A DNA stretch of 64,000 bases from an uncultured Lachnospiraceae bacterium (GCA_902762955.1 CACWQH010000005.1:49931-113930); one strand, 5' to 3'; positions 43,477 through 54,527 are shown, numbered from the stretch's first letter. Numbers and translations: made by a program. Notes: generated by a model not told the origin, from the letters alone.

Positions 43477-44247
43477 TCACTCGTGTTTGAGCTTCCCCAA
43501 GAATTCCTGCATTCTTATATTATCCGAATTAAATACTTCATCAGGATTACCTTCTACTGCGATAACTCCTTTATCCATAAATATTATCCGGTCCGAAATG
43601 TTCTTTGCAAATGACATTTCATGAGTAACTATTACCATTGTCATTTTTTCCTCGGCAAGCCCTTTAATTACCTTTAAAACCTCACCGGTTAATTCGGGAT
43701 CAAGTGCCGAGGTTGGTTCATCAAAAAATAAAACATTTGGCTTAAGAGCAAGTGCTCTTGCTATGGCAACTCTTTGCTGCTGACCTCCTGAAAGCTGTGA
43801 AGGGTAGTAAGCTTCTTTATCTTCAAGTCCCATTTTTTTGAGTAATTCTTTTGCTTCGGATATTACCTCTTCTTTATCCCTTTTTTGAACATGTATAGGT
43901 GCGTCAATAAGGTTTCTCATAACTGACATGTGAGGAAAAAGATTAAAGCTTTGAAATACAAGACCAAAGTTTTTCTTTATTTCTCGAAGCTCATGAGGTT
44001 TTGCATAATGTAAGCTCCCGTTTTCGACATGAACGGCTTCCTTACCCATATATTTTATGGAGCCGCTGTCCATAGTTTCAAGCATGGTAGCTATTCGCAA
44101 AAGGGTGGATTTACCTGAACCGGAAGGACCTATTATGGATAAAACCTCTCCTCCGTGGACAGATAAAGATATATCCTTTAGAACTTCTAAATCACCAAAG
44201 GATTTTTTTATATTATTCATTTCCAAAAACAATTTTTCTTCTGACAT
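43477..44247 (-). CDS. Polar amino acid ABC transporter ATP-binding protein
   Basis: GPSGSGKST, LSGGQQQR and FDEPTSALDPE motifs. Confidence 0.95.
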   Translation of the reverse strand: MSEEKLFLEMNNIKKSFGDLEVLKDISLSVHGGEVLSIIGPSGSGKSTLLRIATMLETMDSGSIKYMGKEAVHVENGSLHYAKPHELREIKKNFGLVFQSFNLFPHMSVMRNLIDAPIHVQKRDKEEVISEAKELLKKMGLEDKEAYYPSQLSGGQQQRVAIARALALKPNVLFFDEPTSALDPELTGEVLKVIKGLAEEKMTMVIVTHEMSFAKNISDRIIFMDKGVIAVEGNPDEVFNSDNIRMQEFLGKLKHE

Positions 44248-44260
44248 CTTATGCTCCTTT

Positions 44261-44905
44261 TTAATAGTAATTTAATTTCTTCTCAAGCTTTCGCATAATA
44301 AATGAGACAAGTAAATTAAATATATAGTAAAAGAGTCCTGCGATTGCAAATGGCATAAGAGTTGTCTGGGTTGATGCAATCTGCTTTGTTATAGTAAACA
44401 TTTCCATATAGGATAATGTGAAAGCCAATGAGGTATCTTTTACAAGGGTTATTACTTCGTTGGTAACTGCAGGTAAAATAATTCGGACTACCTGCGGAAG
44501 TATTATTTTAAAAAAGGTTTGAACCTTATTAAAGCCTAAAATATGTGCTGCCTCATACTGACCGACAGGTATAGCGCTTATACCGGAACGGTAAATCTCT
44601 GCGAAGTAGGCTGCATAATTAATTGAAAAGCCCACGATTATTGCGGGAAATCTCCAATTGGTTATTGGCAGCTTAAATAAGAAATAAGGTCCGTAAAATA
44701 CAACCATTAGCTGAAGCATAAGAGGAGTACCTCTTAATACGGATATGATAAATCCGGTTATACTGCTTAATATTTTATTTTTTGACATCCTTCCGAAGGC
44801 TATAATCCAGCCTAACGGAAGTGAAAAAATTAATGTCAGAAAGAATATCAAAATGGTATTTAACATACCACTTGAAATCTGTTCAAGCATAGTGATGAAA
44901 TTCAT
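44261..44905 (-). CDS. Polar amino acid ABC transporter permease
   Basis: RGTPLMLQL, AAYFAEIYRSG..GQYEAA and LVKDTSL motifs. Confidence 0.95.
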   Translation of the reverse strand: MNFITMLEQISSGMLNTILIFFLTLIFSLPLGWIIAFGRMSKNKILSSITGFIISVLRGTPLMLQLMVVFYGPYFLFKLPITNWRFPAIIVGFSINYAAYFAEIYRSGISAIPVGQYEAAHILGFNKVQTFFKIILPQVVRIILPAVTNEVITLVKDTSLAFTLSYMEMFTITKQIASTQTTLMPFAIAGLFYYIFNLLVSFIMRKLEKKLNYY

Positions 44906-44944
44906 TGGTAAAACTCCTGTTGAAATAAGTAAAGTTTTTTAAAA

Positions 44945-45733
44945 TTATGGCTCGAGGCAGGTCATATCTGATAAACCGTATTTTTCAGCAAGCTCATCAA
45001 ATTTGCCGTTTTTCTTTAATTCCTTCAATGCGCTGTTTACTTTGTCACGCATTTCAGTGTTTCCGAGTTTGAAACCTACACCATACTGTTCTGCATTTAA
45101 ATGCTCATCAAGGATGATGAATTCATCACCACGACCGCTTATCTGATACTGGGCTACTCCGATATCCATAGCTATTGCATCAACAGAGTCAGCTTGAAGC
45201 TCAACAAATGCAGTGTTATAATCAGCAAATTCCTGAAGCTTCTTAAATGTATCAGCTAATTCCTTCTGACCTTCTTCATCTGATAGAACATCAAGAGCAG
45301 CAGAAGCGGACTGAACTGCAACGGTTTTTCCTTCAAGGTCTGAAAGCTTGGTTATACCTGAAGATGCTTTAACAACTATTACCTGGCTGTTATCGACATA
45401 AGGTACAGACCACTCGTATTTGTCTTCACGACCGTTAATTGTGAATCCGTTCCAGATACAATCTATAGAGCCTGAGTTTAATTCGTTGTCTTTGTTAGCC
45501 CAGTCGATAGGCTGCTTTTTCAATTCCCAACCATTGATCTTGCATACTTCTTCAGCAAGTTCAAGGTCGAAACCGGTGTATTCACCGTTTTCATCCATAT
45601 ATCCATATGGAGGGTATTCTGCATCAAAGCCTACAGTAAAAGTTTTGTCCTCCTTTTTACCGCATCCGGTAAGTAAAGATGCGATTGTTCCGACGGTTAA
45701 AAGTGCACATAAAAATTTTTTTCTTAATTTCAT
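44945..45733 (-). CDS. Polar amino acid ABC transporter substrate-binding lipoprotein
   Basis: Lipobox LTGC; AEYPPY and GFDLELA family-3 SBP motifs. Confidence 0.93.
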   Translation of the reverse strand: MKLRKKFLCALLTVGTIASLLTGCGKKEDKTFTVGFDAEYPPYGYMDENGEYTGFDLELAEEVCKINGWELKKQPIDWANKDNELNSGSIDCIWNGFTINGREDKYEWSVPYVDNSQVIVVKASSGITKLSDLEGKTVAVQSASAALDVLSDEEGQKELADTFKKLQEFADYNTAFVELQADSVDAIAMDIGVAQYQISGRGDEFIILDEHLNAEQYGVGFKLGNTEMRDKVNSALKELKKNGKFDELAEKYGLSDMTCLEP

Positions 45734-46032
45734 AATTTTCTCCTTGCATATTTTCTGTTTTTATAGTATTATATATACGTAATAACGAAGACAGCCGTTT
45801 TTCTTAATCAATTGAACAATAATCTTATATATATTTTTTGCTTGATTTTAGCTTTTATCTTCATTTATTCAATAATTATAAAATGAAGACTGTAAATATA
45901 AAATTAATGCAAACCATTAAGATATATTGTTGCCTATAGGCTATAAGTGTGATATAATACTCCAGTATAATATCACAAGGCGGTTTTAAGGTCAATTGAT
46001 TATACATTAAAAATATTAAAGCGTTAAGGAGG

Positions 46033-46419
46033 ATGTTTGGTATGAGAAAGGCTGAAATTTCAGATTGTGAATTGGTGGCTATGAAGTGTGTTTGGGATGC
46101 AGGTGAGCCCGTAACATGTTCTTATGTTATTGAGAAACTGAAGACAGATTATGGACGTGATTACGCTGAGACAACAGTTTATACCTTCCTTAAGAATTTG
46201 AAAAACAAAGGCTTTATAGAAACATATAAAAAAGGTATTACTTTTTTCCAGCCAAAGAGAGAACTGGTAGAGTTTAGAGCTGCATACATTAAAAAGATGG
46301 TTGATTTTTGGTTCGATGGTTCTGTAGCCTCTTTCCTGTCATCATTTCTTGAAGTACAGAAGCTTGATGAAAAAGAAATCAAGGATATAAAGAAAATATT
46401 AAAGAACGCAAATCAGTAA
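46033..46419 (+). CDS. BlaI/MecI/CopY-family transcriptional regulator
   Basis: ISDCELVAMKCVW, TTVYTFLKNLKNKGF and FDGSVASFL motifs. Confidence 0.88.
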   Translation: MFGMRKAEISDCELVAMKCVWDAGEPVTCSYVIEKLKTDYGRDYAETTVYTFLKNLKNKGFIETYKKGITFFQPKRELVEFRAAYIKKMVDFWFDGSVASFLSSFLEVQKLDEKEIKDIKKILKNANQ

Positions 46420-46429
46420 TCAAAAAATG

Positions 46430-46475
46430 AAAAACAAACAGGTATGTTGTATTATCAATTACCTGTTTGTTTTTT
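46430..46475 (+). terminator. Intrinsic terminator after the BlaI-like gene
   Basis: AAAAACAAACAGGTA...TACCTGTTTGTTTTT. Confidence 0.8.
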
Positions 46476-46532
46476 ATTTGTTTAAATGGTATAATAGGCA
46501 TATATTTTTATTTCATTAAGAGGCTAATCAAA

Positions 46533-48125
46533 ATGAAGAGAATACTCAATACATTTAAATACGGTTCGGTAGCAGTAAAATTAACTCTTCTTGCTACCAT
46601 AATATGCGGGCTTGCAACGGCAGGCCTTTTTACCTGTGCCATAATGTTCAGGCAATTGATCTGGTTTTTTGCGATGATATTTGCAGGGTTTATAACCGTA
46701 TCTTTAGCACAGACTTTTGGAATAGAAGGTGGACTTAATGATGAAAAGAAAGAGAAAAAATCTGCTAATGATGATAAGGAAAATGATTATGTAGATGAAA
46801 ATGTGGAATTGCCATTGGATTTTTATGCTGATGCTGATTTTTTGAATAATAATTCTGACAATGAAACGAATGATGTTGTTTTTGAAGAGGATTATGAGGA
46901 TGATTTGATTGATAAAAAGAAGAGTCGTAGAAGAGGTAAATTAAAAAAGAATAAAAAAGATAAGAAAGAAAAGAAAGCTAAAGTCAAAAAAACCAAAGTA
47001 AAAAAAGAGAAGAAGAACAAAGATAATAATAACTCTTCTGAAGATAAAGTTGATAGAATAAAGGCGGATAGCGGTAAAAAAACTAAAACCAAGATTAAAA
47101 ATGAAAAAAATAATAATAAGGGAGATAAGAAAAAGGCTCTTGTAAGTAAAAAGGCATTAACCGCTAAGCCTAAAAAACTTGCGAGACATGGTAAAATTCC
47201 TAAGGTTGTCAAGGTTACAGGTGCAGAAAATATTGACTATAAGTCAATGGTAAAAAAGGATATAAAGGAAAGCAAAAAGGAACTTGCCCAAAGAGAAGAA
47301 CAGTTAGAAAATGAAGCCATAGATATGGAAGAGGCTGAGGATTTATATATGTCTGAGGAAGACAAAGAGGAGATGAAAAGGGTTCGTTCAAAGGGCGTTG
47401 TTCCTGAGCCTTTAACTGCTGATACTGTTAAACAATACACTATCAAGAAGATAAGAAAGACCTTACATAAATATAAGGTTAAGCGGGATCATAAGCTTGC
47501 TATAATTGACAGATGTGAAACATTCAACATAAATCAAACACCTGCATATATATGGGTGGACGGAAATGATTTTCATATGCTGTTGATAGAGCAGGAACCG
47601 AGACACCTTGTGTTATCAACCTTTAAGGTTGGAAGAATTAAATATATGAAAAAACAGCCGGTTAATATCAATACCGATTATGAGGCGTTTAATACCAAGA
47701 GTATGGTTACTGATTTATTCAGACCATACCTTCCTGATTATAATCAGAGTAATGTTGACAGTGATTTAAATTATTACAAGAATTTGTATGGTATAGGACC
47801 GGGGATATATTTTACCAATAATTCAGCTAAGCAGCTTATAGACTTCTTTGGCTTTGGAATGGATGTGGAGGATAAGGTAACAGAGTCAAAGAGAGTTAAT
47901 CTTTATTTTAAGGATGCTTATAAGGCCAATATTATGGTTCGTGATAATGTCCTTGATGCAAACGGATATGCGGACAGAATATCATCGATTCTTGAAGAGA
48001 TGGCTGCTTCAAATTTAAGTTACAATGAGTTTAAGGAAACGCTCAACCTTATGATAAAAAATAAATTTATTACCAAAGAATTTGGTATGCATTATATGGA
48101 AGTAAGGGATAAAAAACACAGCTAA
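46533..48125 (+). CDS. Hypothetical membrane protein with acidic then Lys-rich low-complexity linker
   Basis: Start set at ATG 46533; 2 TM, D/E block, K block, globular C-terminus. Confidence 0.72.
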   Translation: MKRILNTFKYGSVAVKLTLLATIICGLATAGLFTCAIMFRQLIWFFAMIFAGFITVSLAQTFGIEGGLNDEKKEKKSANDDKENDYVDENVELPLDFYADADFLNNNSDNETNDVVFEEDYEDDLIDKKKSRRRGKLKKNKKDKKEKKAKVKKTKVKKEKKNKDNNNSSEDKVDRIKADSGKKTKTKIKNEKNNNKGDKKKALVSKKALTAKPKKLARHGKIPKVVKVTGAENIDYKSMVKKDIKESKKELAQREEQLENEAIDMEEAEDLYMSEEDKEEMKRVRSKGVVPEPLTADTVKQYTIKKIRKTLHKYKVKRDHKLAIIDRCETFNINQTPAYIWVDGNDFHMLLIEQEPRHLVLSTFKVGRIKYMKKQPVNINTDYEAFNTKSMVTDLFRPYLPDYNQSNVDSDLNYYKNLYGIGPGIYFTNNSAKQLIDFFGFGMDVEDKVTESKRVNLYFKDAYKANIMVRDNVLDANGYADRISSILEEMAASNLSYNEFKETLNLMIKNKFITKEFGMHYMEVRDKKHS

Positions 48126-48171
48126 TACAAATACTATTCAAAAATATTTGAATAGGTGAAGGTATTAGTAT

Positions 48172-48516
48172 ATGAAAATTGCATTTTATGATACAAAGCC
48201 AAAGGATAAAATTTTATTTGATTTAATATCCAAGGATGAAAATTTTGATGTCTTTTATATAAAGGACAGTCTGGACGAAACAACGGCAAACCTTGCCGCA
48301 GGCTTTGATACGGTTTGTGTATGCGATGAAAAAGAGCTTAAGGAAGGCGTGCTTAAAGCAGTCGGACATTATGGCGTAAGGGCGGCTATTATAAGAGCAG
48401 AGGATGATAAAAGAAACTTTGAAAGCTATAAAAAATGCGGGATAGATATAATTAGAATCAATATTACCCCGCCCGGAAAGCTGGTTAATTCCAAATGGGT
48501 TTCATATCTTCCGTAG
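48172..48516 (+). CDS. N-terminal fragment of a D-lactate / D-2-hydroxyacid dehydrogenase
   Basis: MKIAFYDTKP..LDETTANLAAGFDTVC resembles LdhA N-termini; 114 aa, no GxGxxG NAD-binding domain. Confidence 0.6.
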   Translation: MKIAFYDTKPKDKILFDLISKDENFDVFYIKDSLDETTANLAAGFDTVCVCDEKELKEGVLKAVGHYGVRAAIIRAEDDKRNFESYKKCGIDIIRINITPPGKLVNSKWVSYLP

Positions 48517-48622
48517 TTTCGTATGTAAATAGCTTGCCTTTTTTACTAAAATTTGATATTTTAGTTAGGTATTATTAATAAAAAAGGTATGAAAATAATT
48601 AATTATAAGAAAGGTAAATGAT

Positions 48623-50728
48623 ATGGATGTTTCAGTAGAAATGCTTGGTAAGCGTGCTTTTAGTGAAGCGATAATGAGAGAGAGGCTTCCGAAGGCAGTA
48701 TTTAAACAGTTGAAGAAAACACTTGATTATGGCGCACCGCTGGATGTGGAAATTGCAGATTCGGTAGCCATAGCAATGAGAGAGTGGGCTAAGGAGCTTG
48801 GCGCTACTCATTATACTCATTGGTTTCAACCACTTACAAATCTTACTGCGGAAAAGCATGATTCCTTTATGGATCCTGTCGGAGACGGTACATTTATAAC
48901 TGAATTTACAGGTAAGGAATTGATTAAAGCGGAGCCTGACGGTTCATCCTTTCCTACAGGCGGGGTAAGAAATACCTGCTCGGCAAGAGGATATACCGTA
49001 TGGGATTGTACTTCACCGGCTTTTGTAAAGGATATACCAAACGGTTGCAAGGTGCTTTGTATACCTACAATATTCATATCATATACAGGAGAATCTCTTG
49101 ACTTTAAGACACCTTTGCTTCGTTCCATGGAAGCAGTAAGTAATCAGGCTAAGAGAATTTTAAAGCTTTTCGGCAAAGAAGATATAGACAGAATAAACGC
49201 ATCCGTAGGAGTTGAACAGGAGTATTTCTTAATAGATAAATCCCTTTATGAAAGAAGACTTGATTTAAAGCTTACGGGACGTACATTATATGGTGCTCCG
49301 GGACCTAAGGGACAGGAGATGGAGGATCAGTATTTCAGCGTCGTTAAGGATAAGGTTTCACACTTTATGAATGAACTTAACCAGGATCTTTGGGCTTACG
49401 GAATACCTGCAAAGACACAGCACAACGAGGCTGCTCCTGCACAGCATGAGATTGCTCCGATATTTGAAACCACCAATATAGCATGTGACCAGAATCAGTT
49501 GGTTATGGATACACTTAAGAGAGTAGCGGCAAGAACAGGCTTTGCTTGTCTTTTACATGAAAAGCCTTTCAGAGGAGTTAACGGTTCAGGTAAGCATAAC
49601 AACTGGTCTTTATCTACTTCGGATGGAGAAAACTTAGTTTCGCCGGGCAAGAATCCTGAGAAGAATCTACAGTTTCATCTTTTCCTTGCAGCAGTACTTG
49701 CTGCAGTACATAATAATGCAGAGTTATTAAGACTTTCTGCTGCATCACCGGGAAACGACCACAGACTCGGAGGAGATGAAGCACCTCCTGCAATTATCTC
49801 GGTATACCTTGGTGATCAGTTGGATGATATAGTCAATCAGATAATTGAAAATGGTGAAGTGACAAAAGCCATCAAGGGAAGAGTATATGAACCGAGATGT
49901 TCGGCTATTCCTCAGTTTAAGATGGATGCAACAGACAGAAACAGAACCTCACCGTTTGCATTTACAGGTAACCGCTTTGAGTTCAGAATGGTTGGTTCAT
50001 CACAGTCAATAGGCCTTCCTATGACAACCATGAATACAATAGTTGCCAATACTCTTTGCGATATGGCTGATGAGCTTGAGAAGGCTGATGATTTTGAGGC
50101 AGCTGCAAAGAAGATGGTTGCTGATATGATAAGAGAGCATAAGGATATCATTTTCAACGGAAACGGATATTCAGAGGAATGGGTTAAGGAGGCTGAAAGA
50201 AGAGGACTTCCAAATATACCTACTACAGTTGATGCAATTCCTTATCTTACAAGTGACAAGGCAGTTAAGGCTTTCGGACGTTTTGGAATAATGAATGAGA
50301 GTGAGCTTAAGTTAAGAGAAAATGTATTGTTCGACAGCTATGCAAAGACCATTAATCTTGAAGCACTCACTATGATAGAGATGGCTAATAAGCAGATAAT
50401 ACCTGCGGTTATGGACTATGAGGCAAAGACGGCTGCAGGAATCAAAGACTTAAAGAGTATCGGTGTATCCGCAAATGCCCAGGTTGCACTTGTAAATGAA
50501 CTTGATGAAAGACTTACTAAGTTCAGAGTTGCTATAGTTGAGCTTAAAAAACGTGTGGATGATGCTGTAAATCATAACGGTTCTCCGAAGGAATGGGCAA
50601 CTTATTACAGAGATGTTGTTGCAGCGTATATGGACGTGGTAAGAGAACCAGCAGATGAATTAGAGAAACTTGTTGGAGAAAAAGATTGGCCTCTTCCTAC
50701 ATATGAGGAGTTCTTATTTGAACAGTAG
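48623..50728 (+). CDS. Glutamine synthetase type III
   Basis: GATHYTHWFQPLT, EPDGSSFP, HEKPFRGVNGSGKHNNWS and DRNRTSPFAFTGNRFEFR motifs; 701 aa. Confidence 0.96.
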   Translation: MDVSVEMLGKRAFSEAIMRERLPKAVFKQLKKTLDYGAPLDVEIADSVAIAMREWAKELGATHYTHWFQPLTNLTAEKHDSFMDPVGDGTFITEFTGKELIKAEPDGSSFPTGGVRNTCSARGYTVWDCTSPAFVKDIPNGCKVLCIPTIFISYTGESLDFKTPLLRSMEAVSNQAKRILKLFGKEDIDRINASVGVEQEYFLIDKSLYERRLDLKLTGRTLYGAPGPKGQEMEDQYFSVVKDKVSHFMNELNQDLWAYGIPAKTQHNEAAPAQHEIAPIFETTNIACDQNQLVMDTLKRVAARTGFACLLHEKPFRGVNGSGKHNNWSLSTSDGENLVSPGKNPEKNLQFHLFLAAVLAAVHNNAELLRLSAASPGNDHRLGGDEAPPAIISVYLGDQLDDIVNQIIENGEVTKAIKGRVYEPRCSAIPQFKMDATDRNRTSPFAFTGNRFEFRMVGSSQSIGLPMTTMNTIVANTLCDMADELEKADDFEAAAKKMVADMIREHKDIIFNGNGYSEEWVKEAERRGLPNIPTTVDAIPYLTSDKAVKAFGRFGIMNESELKLRENVLFDSYAKTINLEALTMIEMANKQIIPAVMDYEAKTAAGIKDLKSIGVSANAQVALVNELDERLTKFRVAIVELKKRVDDAVNHNGSPKEWATYYRDVVAAYMDVVREPADELEKLVGEKDWPLPTYEEFLFEQ

Positions 50729-50828
50729 ACATGTAATATAGTTTTTTGAAATAATAATATAATGGAGAATATCCAAGCCGATATAGATTTTGTTTTATAT
50801 CGGCTTGTTACCACTATAGGAGATAAAA

Positions 50829-51341
50829 ATGCTGTCTGATAAAATAATTTTAATCGGCTTTATGGGAAGCGGCAAATCCTCTGTCGGTAAAGAGCTTTCA
50901 AAAAGACTTGGGATAAAACTGCTTGATTCGGACGATTGCATAGAAAAGCAGAAACAAAAAAGCATAAATGATATCTTTAGGGATGAAGGAGAAGAAAGCT
51001 TCAGAGCTATGGAAAGTGAATTTCTAAAGGAAATGGCTTTATCCGAAGAAGGCTTCATCCTTTCAACTGGCGGTGGTATGCCCTGCTTTAATGATAATGC
51101 TAAGATGATTAAGAAAACAGGAGTATCGGTTTATCTTATGGCATCGCCTGATTCAATTTTGAAAAGACTGAAAAATGATACAAGCAGACCGCTGCTTAAA
51201 GAAGGAAATAAGCTTGAGAAAATCAAATTTCTTTTATCAGACAGAGAGGACTATTATAAAAAAGCTGCAGATATTATTATTAAGACAGATGGAAAATCAG
51301 TTGAAGAAATAACTGATGAGATATTGGGGGAAATATTTTGA
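50829..51341 (+). CDS. aroK: Shikimate kinase
   Basis: GFMGSGKS, GEESFR, STGGG and RPLL motifs. Confidence 0.95.
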   Translation: MLSDKIILIGFMGSGKSSVGKELSKRLGIKLLDSDDCIEKQKQKSINDIFRDEGEESFRAMESEFLKEMALSEEGFILSTGGGMPCFNDNAKMIKKTGVSVYLMASPDSILKRLKNDTSRPLLKEGNKLEKIKFLLSDREDYYKKAADIIIKTDGKSVEEITDEILGEIF

Positions 51342-53458
51342 AGAATTTATATATAGCAGAAAAACCGAGTGTTGCAAGAGAGTTTGCTAAAGCACTTGGC
51401 GTAAAGGGTGCTGACAGTGCGGGCGGAAGAGATGGTTTTATAGAAACCGCTGATTCAGTAATTACATGGTGCGTAGGACATCTTGTAACCATGAGTTATC
51501 CGGATGCTTACGACGAGAATTTAAAACGTTGGAGTATGGCTACCATACCATTTGTTCCAACAGAATATAAGTATGAAATCATAGGTTCTGCAAGCCGTCA
51601 GTATGATGTTGTAAAAAGACTTCTTAACAGAGATGATATAGAATGTATATATGTCTGTACCGACTCGGGACGTGAAGGAGAGTATATATACAGACTTGTT
51701 GATATGATGGCGAAAGTAAATCCAAATAAACAAAAGAAAAGAGTTTGGATTGACTCGCAAACTGAGGAAGAAATACTTAGAGGAATAAAAGAGGCAAAGG
51801 ATTTATCCGAATATGATAATTTGAGTGACTCAGCATTTTTAAGAGCACAGGAAGATTATCTGATGGGTATTAATTTTTCAAGAGCTCTTACATTAAAATA
51901 CAGCCCGACAGTAAAAAAATATCTTAATCTTGATAAATGTGTAATCGCTGTCGGTCGTGTCATGACCTGTGTATTGGGAATGATTGTAAAAAGAGAAAGA
52001 GAAATAAGAGAATTTGTGCCTACACCGTTTTACCGTGTACTTGCCAAATTGGATGGTTTTGAGGCAGAGTGGAGAACAACGGAAAAATCAGAATATTTCG
52101 AATCACCTCTTTTATACAAGGAAAACGGATTTAAGAAAAAAGAATCCGCCGAGGAGCTGATTAATAAACTATCTGATGCTTCGGAAATAGTATTTGATGT
52201 TGCCAAGGTTGAGAAAAAGATTGAGAAGAAACAGCCTCCTATGCTTTATAACCTGGCAGAGCTTCAAAATGACTGTTCAAGGCTATTTAAAATAAGCCCG
52301 ACAGATACATTAAATATTGTACAGGAACTCTATGAAAAGAAGCTGGTTACATATCCGAGAACGGATGCAAGAGTTTTATCTACAGCAGTATCAAAGGAAA
52401 TTTATAAAAATATAAGCGGCTTAAAAAAATATCAAGCGCTTTCGGGATTTGCTGATAATATAATTTCACAGGGCGGATATAAGGGAATAGCAAAGTCAAA
52501 GTACGTAAATGATAAGCAGATTACAGACCACTATGCCATAATCCCGACAGGTCAGGGCTTCGGTGCACTTAATTCGGTATCTGAAACTGCCAAAAAAGTA
52601 TATGACATAATAGCAAGAAGATTTCTTTCTATCTTTTATCCGGCAGCAGAGTATGAAAAAATAGCACTTACCTTGACAAAGGAAAACGGTGATAAACAGG
52701 AAAGCTTTTTTGCAAACTTTAAAAGACTGGCGAAGCCGGGCTATCTTGTTATAGCAAATCCAAAGCTTGTGGCAGCACAGATGGGAAAAGACAATAAGGC
52801 TTCTTCTGAAGATAATACCGGTGATACTGACAAAGATATAGAAGCCGGTAAAAATCAGGATGAACAGGGAGATAACAAGCTTTCAGAGGAAATGCTTGAA
52901 AAGCTTAAAACCTTAAAAAAAGGAGATAAGCTTACTGCCTTGGAATTAAATTTAAAAGAAGGAGAAACCTCAGCCCCAAAAAGATACTCTTCGGGTACTC
53001 TTATACTTGCAATGGAAAATGCCGGACAGCTTATAGAGGATGAAGAACTTCGAAGTCAGATAAAGGGCTCCGGTATAGGAACGAGTGCAACCAGAGATAG
53101 CATTATAACCAAGCTGGTAACAAATAAATACATTCAGCTCAATAAGAAAACTCAGATAGTAACACCTACATTTTTAGGGGAAATAATATATGATGTGGTT
53201 TACTATTCAATCAACAATCTTTTAAGAGCGGAGATGACAGCAAGTTGGGAAAAGGGACTTACAGGTGTTGCCGACGGAACAATTCCAAAGGATGAATACG
53301 TAGAAAAGATGAACAGCTTTGTTATAAACAATACCGAGCTCGTAAAAAAACTGGATAACCAATATAAGATTACATACATTTTTGATAAGTCAAAAGAGTA
53401 TTATCAAAAGCAGACTAAAACCGCAAAGAAAAGTAAAGATGTGAAGGAAAACAGTTAA
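51338..53458 (+). CDS. topB: Type IA topoisomerase, topoisomerase III-like
   Basis: IAEKPSVA, TDSGREGE, VTYPRTD, DHYAIIPT and GIGTSATR motifs. Confidence 0.9.
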   Translation: MKNLYIAEKPSVAREFAKALGVKGADSAGGRDGFIETADSVITWCVGHLVTMSYPDAYDENLKRWSMATIPFVPTEYKYEIIGSASRQYDVVKRLLNRDDIECIYVCTDSGREGEYIYRLVDMMAKVNPNKQKKRVWIDSQTEEEILRGIKEAKDLSEYDNLSDSAFLRAQEDYLMGINFSRALTLKYSPTVKKYLNLDKCVIAVGRVMTCVLGMIVKREREIREFVPTPFYRVLAKLDGFEAEWRTTEKSEYFESPLLYKENGFKKKESAEELINKLSDASEIVFDVAKVEKKIEKKQPPMLYNLAELQNDCSRLFKISPTDTLNIVQELYEKKLVTYPRTDARVLSTAVSKEIYKNISGLKKYQALSGFADNIISQGGYKGIAKSKYVNDKQITDHYAIIPTGQGFGALNSVSETAKKVYDIIARRFLSIFYPAAEYEKIALTLTKENGDKQESFFANFKRLAKPGYLVIANPKLVAAQMGKDNKASSEDNTGDTDKDIEAGKNQDEQGDNKLSEEMLEKLKTLKKGDKLTALELNLKEGETSAPKRYSSGTLILAMENAGQLIEDEELRSQIKGSGIGTSATRDSIITKLVTNKYIQLNKKTQIVTPTFLGEIIYDVVYYSINNLLRAEMTASWEKGLTGVADGTIPKDEYVEKMNSFVINNTELVKKLDNQYKITYIFDKSKEYYQKQTKTAKKSKDVKENS

Positions 53459-53519
53459 ATAAAGCAGTTGAGGAAAACATATTTATTATTAATTATGATT
53501 TATAAAAGGAGATTTGATT

Positions 53520-54194
53520 ATGGCAGGTATAACTATTAAGGAAATGTACAGTCTTGAACATACCAAGGCAAAGGAGTGGCTTGAAAAGCTTACATATCCA
53601 TGGGAGGTTTTACCACAGATTAAGGATATTATTCTGGCTCTTGGTGAAACGATTGATAAGGAATGTCCTGATGAATACATAAAACGTGGAGATGATATAT
53701 GGATTCACAAGACAGCAACAGTTTTTGAAACAGTATACATCGCAGGTCCTGCCATAATAGGTGCAGGTACCGAAGTAAGACAGTGCGCCTTCATAAGAGG
53801 CAATGCACTTGTCGGAAAAAACTGTGTTGTTGGTAACTCAACCGAATTAAAAAATGTAATCATTTTCGATAACGTACAGGTACCACACTATAATTATGTG
53901 GGCGACTCCGTCCTCGGCTACAAATCCCATATGGGTGCCGGCTCAATAACCTCAAACGTAAAGAGCGACAAAACACTCGTAGTTGTAAAAAATGATTCCG
54001 AAGAAATCGAAACAGGCTTAAAGAAGTTCGGTGCCATGCTCGGCGACTTCGTAGAAGTAGGATGCAACTCCGTACTTAACCCGGGCACAGTAATCTGCCC
54101 TCACTCAAACATCTACCCTGTATCCTGCGTCCGCGGCGTAGTACCTGCCGAAAGCATCTACAAAACAGGCGGCATCATAGTAAGCAAGGAATAA
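53520..54194 (+). CDS. Left-handed beta-helix acyltransferase (GlmU C-terminal-like, stand-alone)
   Basis: Hexapeptide repeats; GNSTELKN, PHYNYVGDSVLG and KFGAMLGD motifs. Confidence 0.85.
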   Translation: MAGITIKEMYSLEHTKAKEWLEKLTYPWEVLPQIKDIILALGETIDKECPDEYIKRGDDIWIHKTATVFETVYIAGPAIIGAGTEVRQCAFIRGNALVGKNCVVGNSTELKNVIIFDNVQVPHYNYVGDSVLGYKSHMGAGSITSNVKSDKTLVVVKNDSEEIETGLKKFGAMLGDFVEVGCNSVLNPGTVICPHSNIYPVSCVRGVVPAESIYKTGGIIVSKE

Positions 54195-54215
54195 ACTCCT
54201 CTTCCTTGCAGGGTG

Positions 54216-54527
54216 TTGGGTGTCTTGATACAACTTAATATTGATTTCACACCACTATAGGTTTACTAACGGAAAATATATGAATAAGACTGATACACAA
54301 CTATCCATCGATTTGTTAAATCAATAAGCTCAAATCCTTTATCTTCGCACGAAACCGAATAACTCGCTTCGCTCAGACACTTCGGTTTCTGAGCGAATCT
54401 ATACGGCTTTTCGCTTTTGATTTCACACAAATCGGGATAACTGTTGTTGTATCAGTCTTTTCATATATTTTCCTTTTTATAATTATTATGGTGTGAAATC
54501 ATATAAGAGTTGTATTAAGACACCCAA
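54216..54527. repeat. Long imperfect palindrome, element P4 (312 bp, opposite orientation)
   Basis: Ends TTGGGTGTCTTGATACAAC/GTTGTATTAAGACACCCAA; inner pairs GGAAAATATATGAA/TTCATATATTTTCC; apex AACTCGCTTCGCTCAGACA at 54361-54379. Confidence 0.95.

Noticed and set aside
51338-53458. topB as a marker of a conjugative element
   Set aside because: It overlaps aroK, lies among housekeeping genes and has no mobile-element neighbours.
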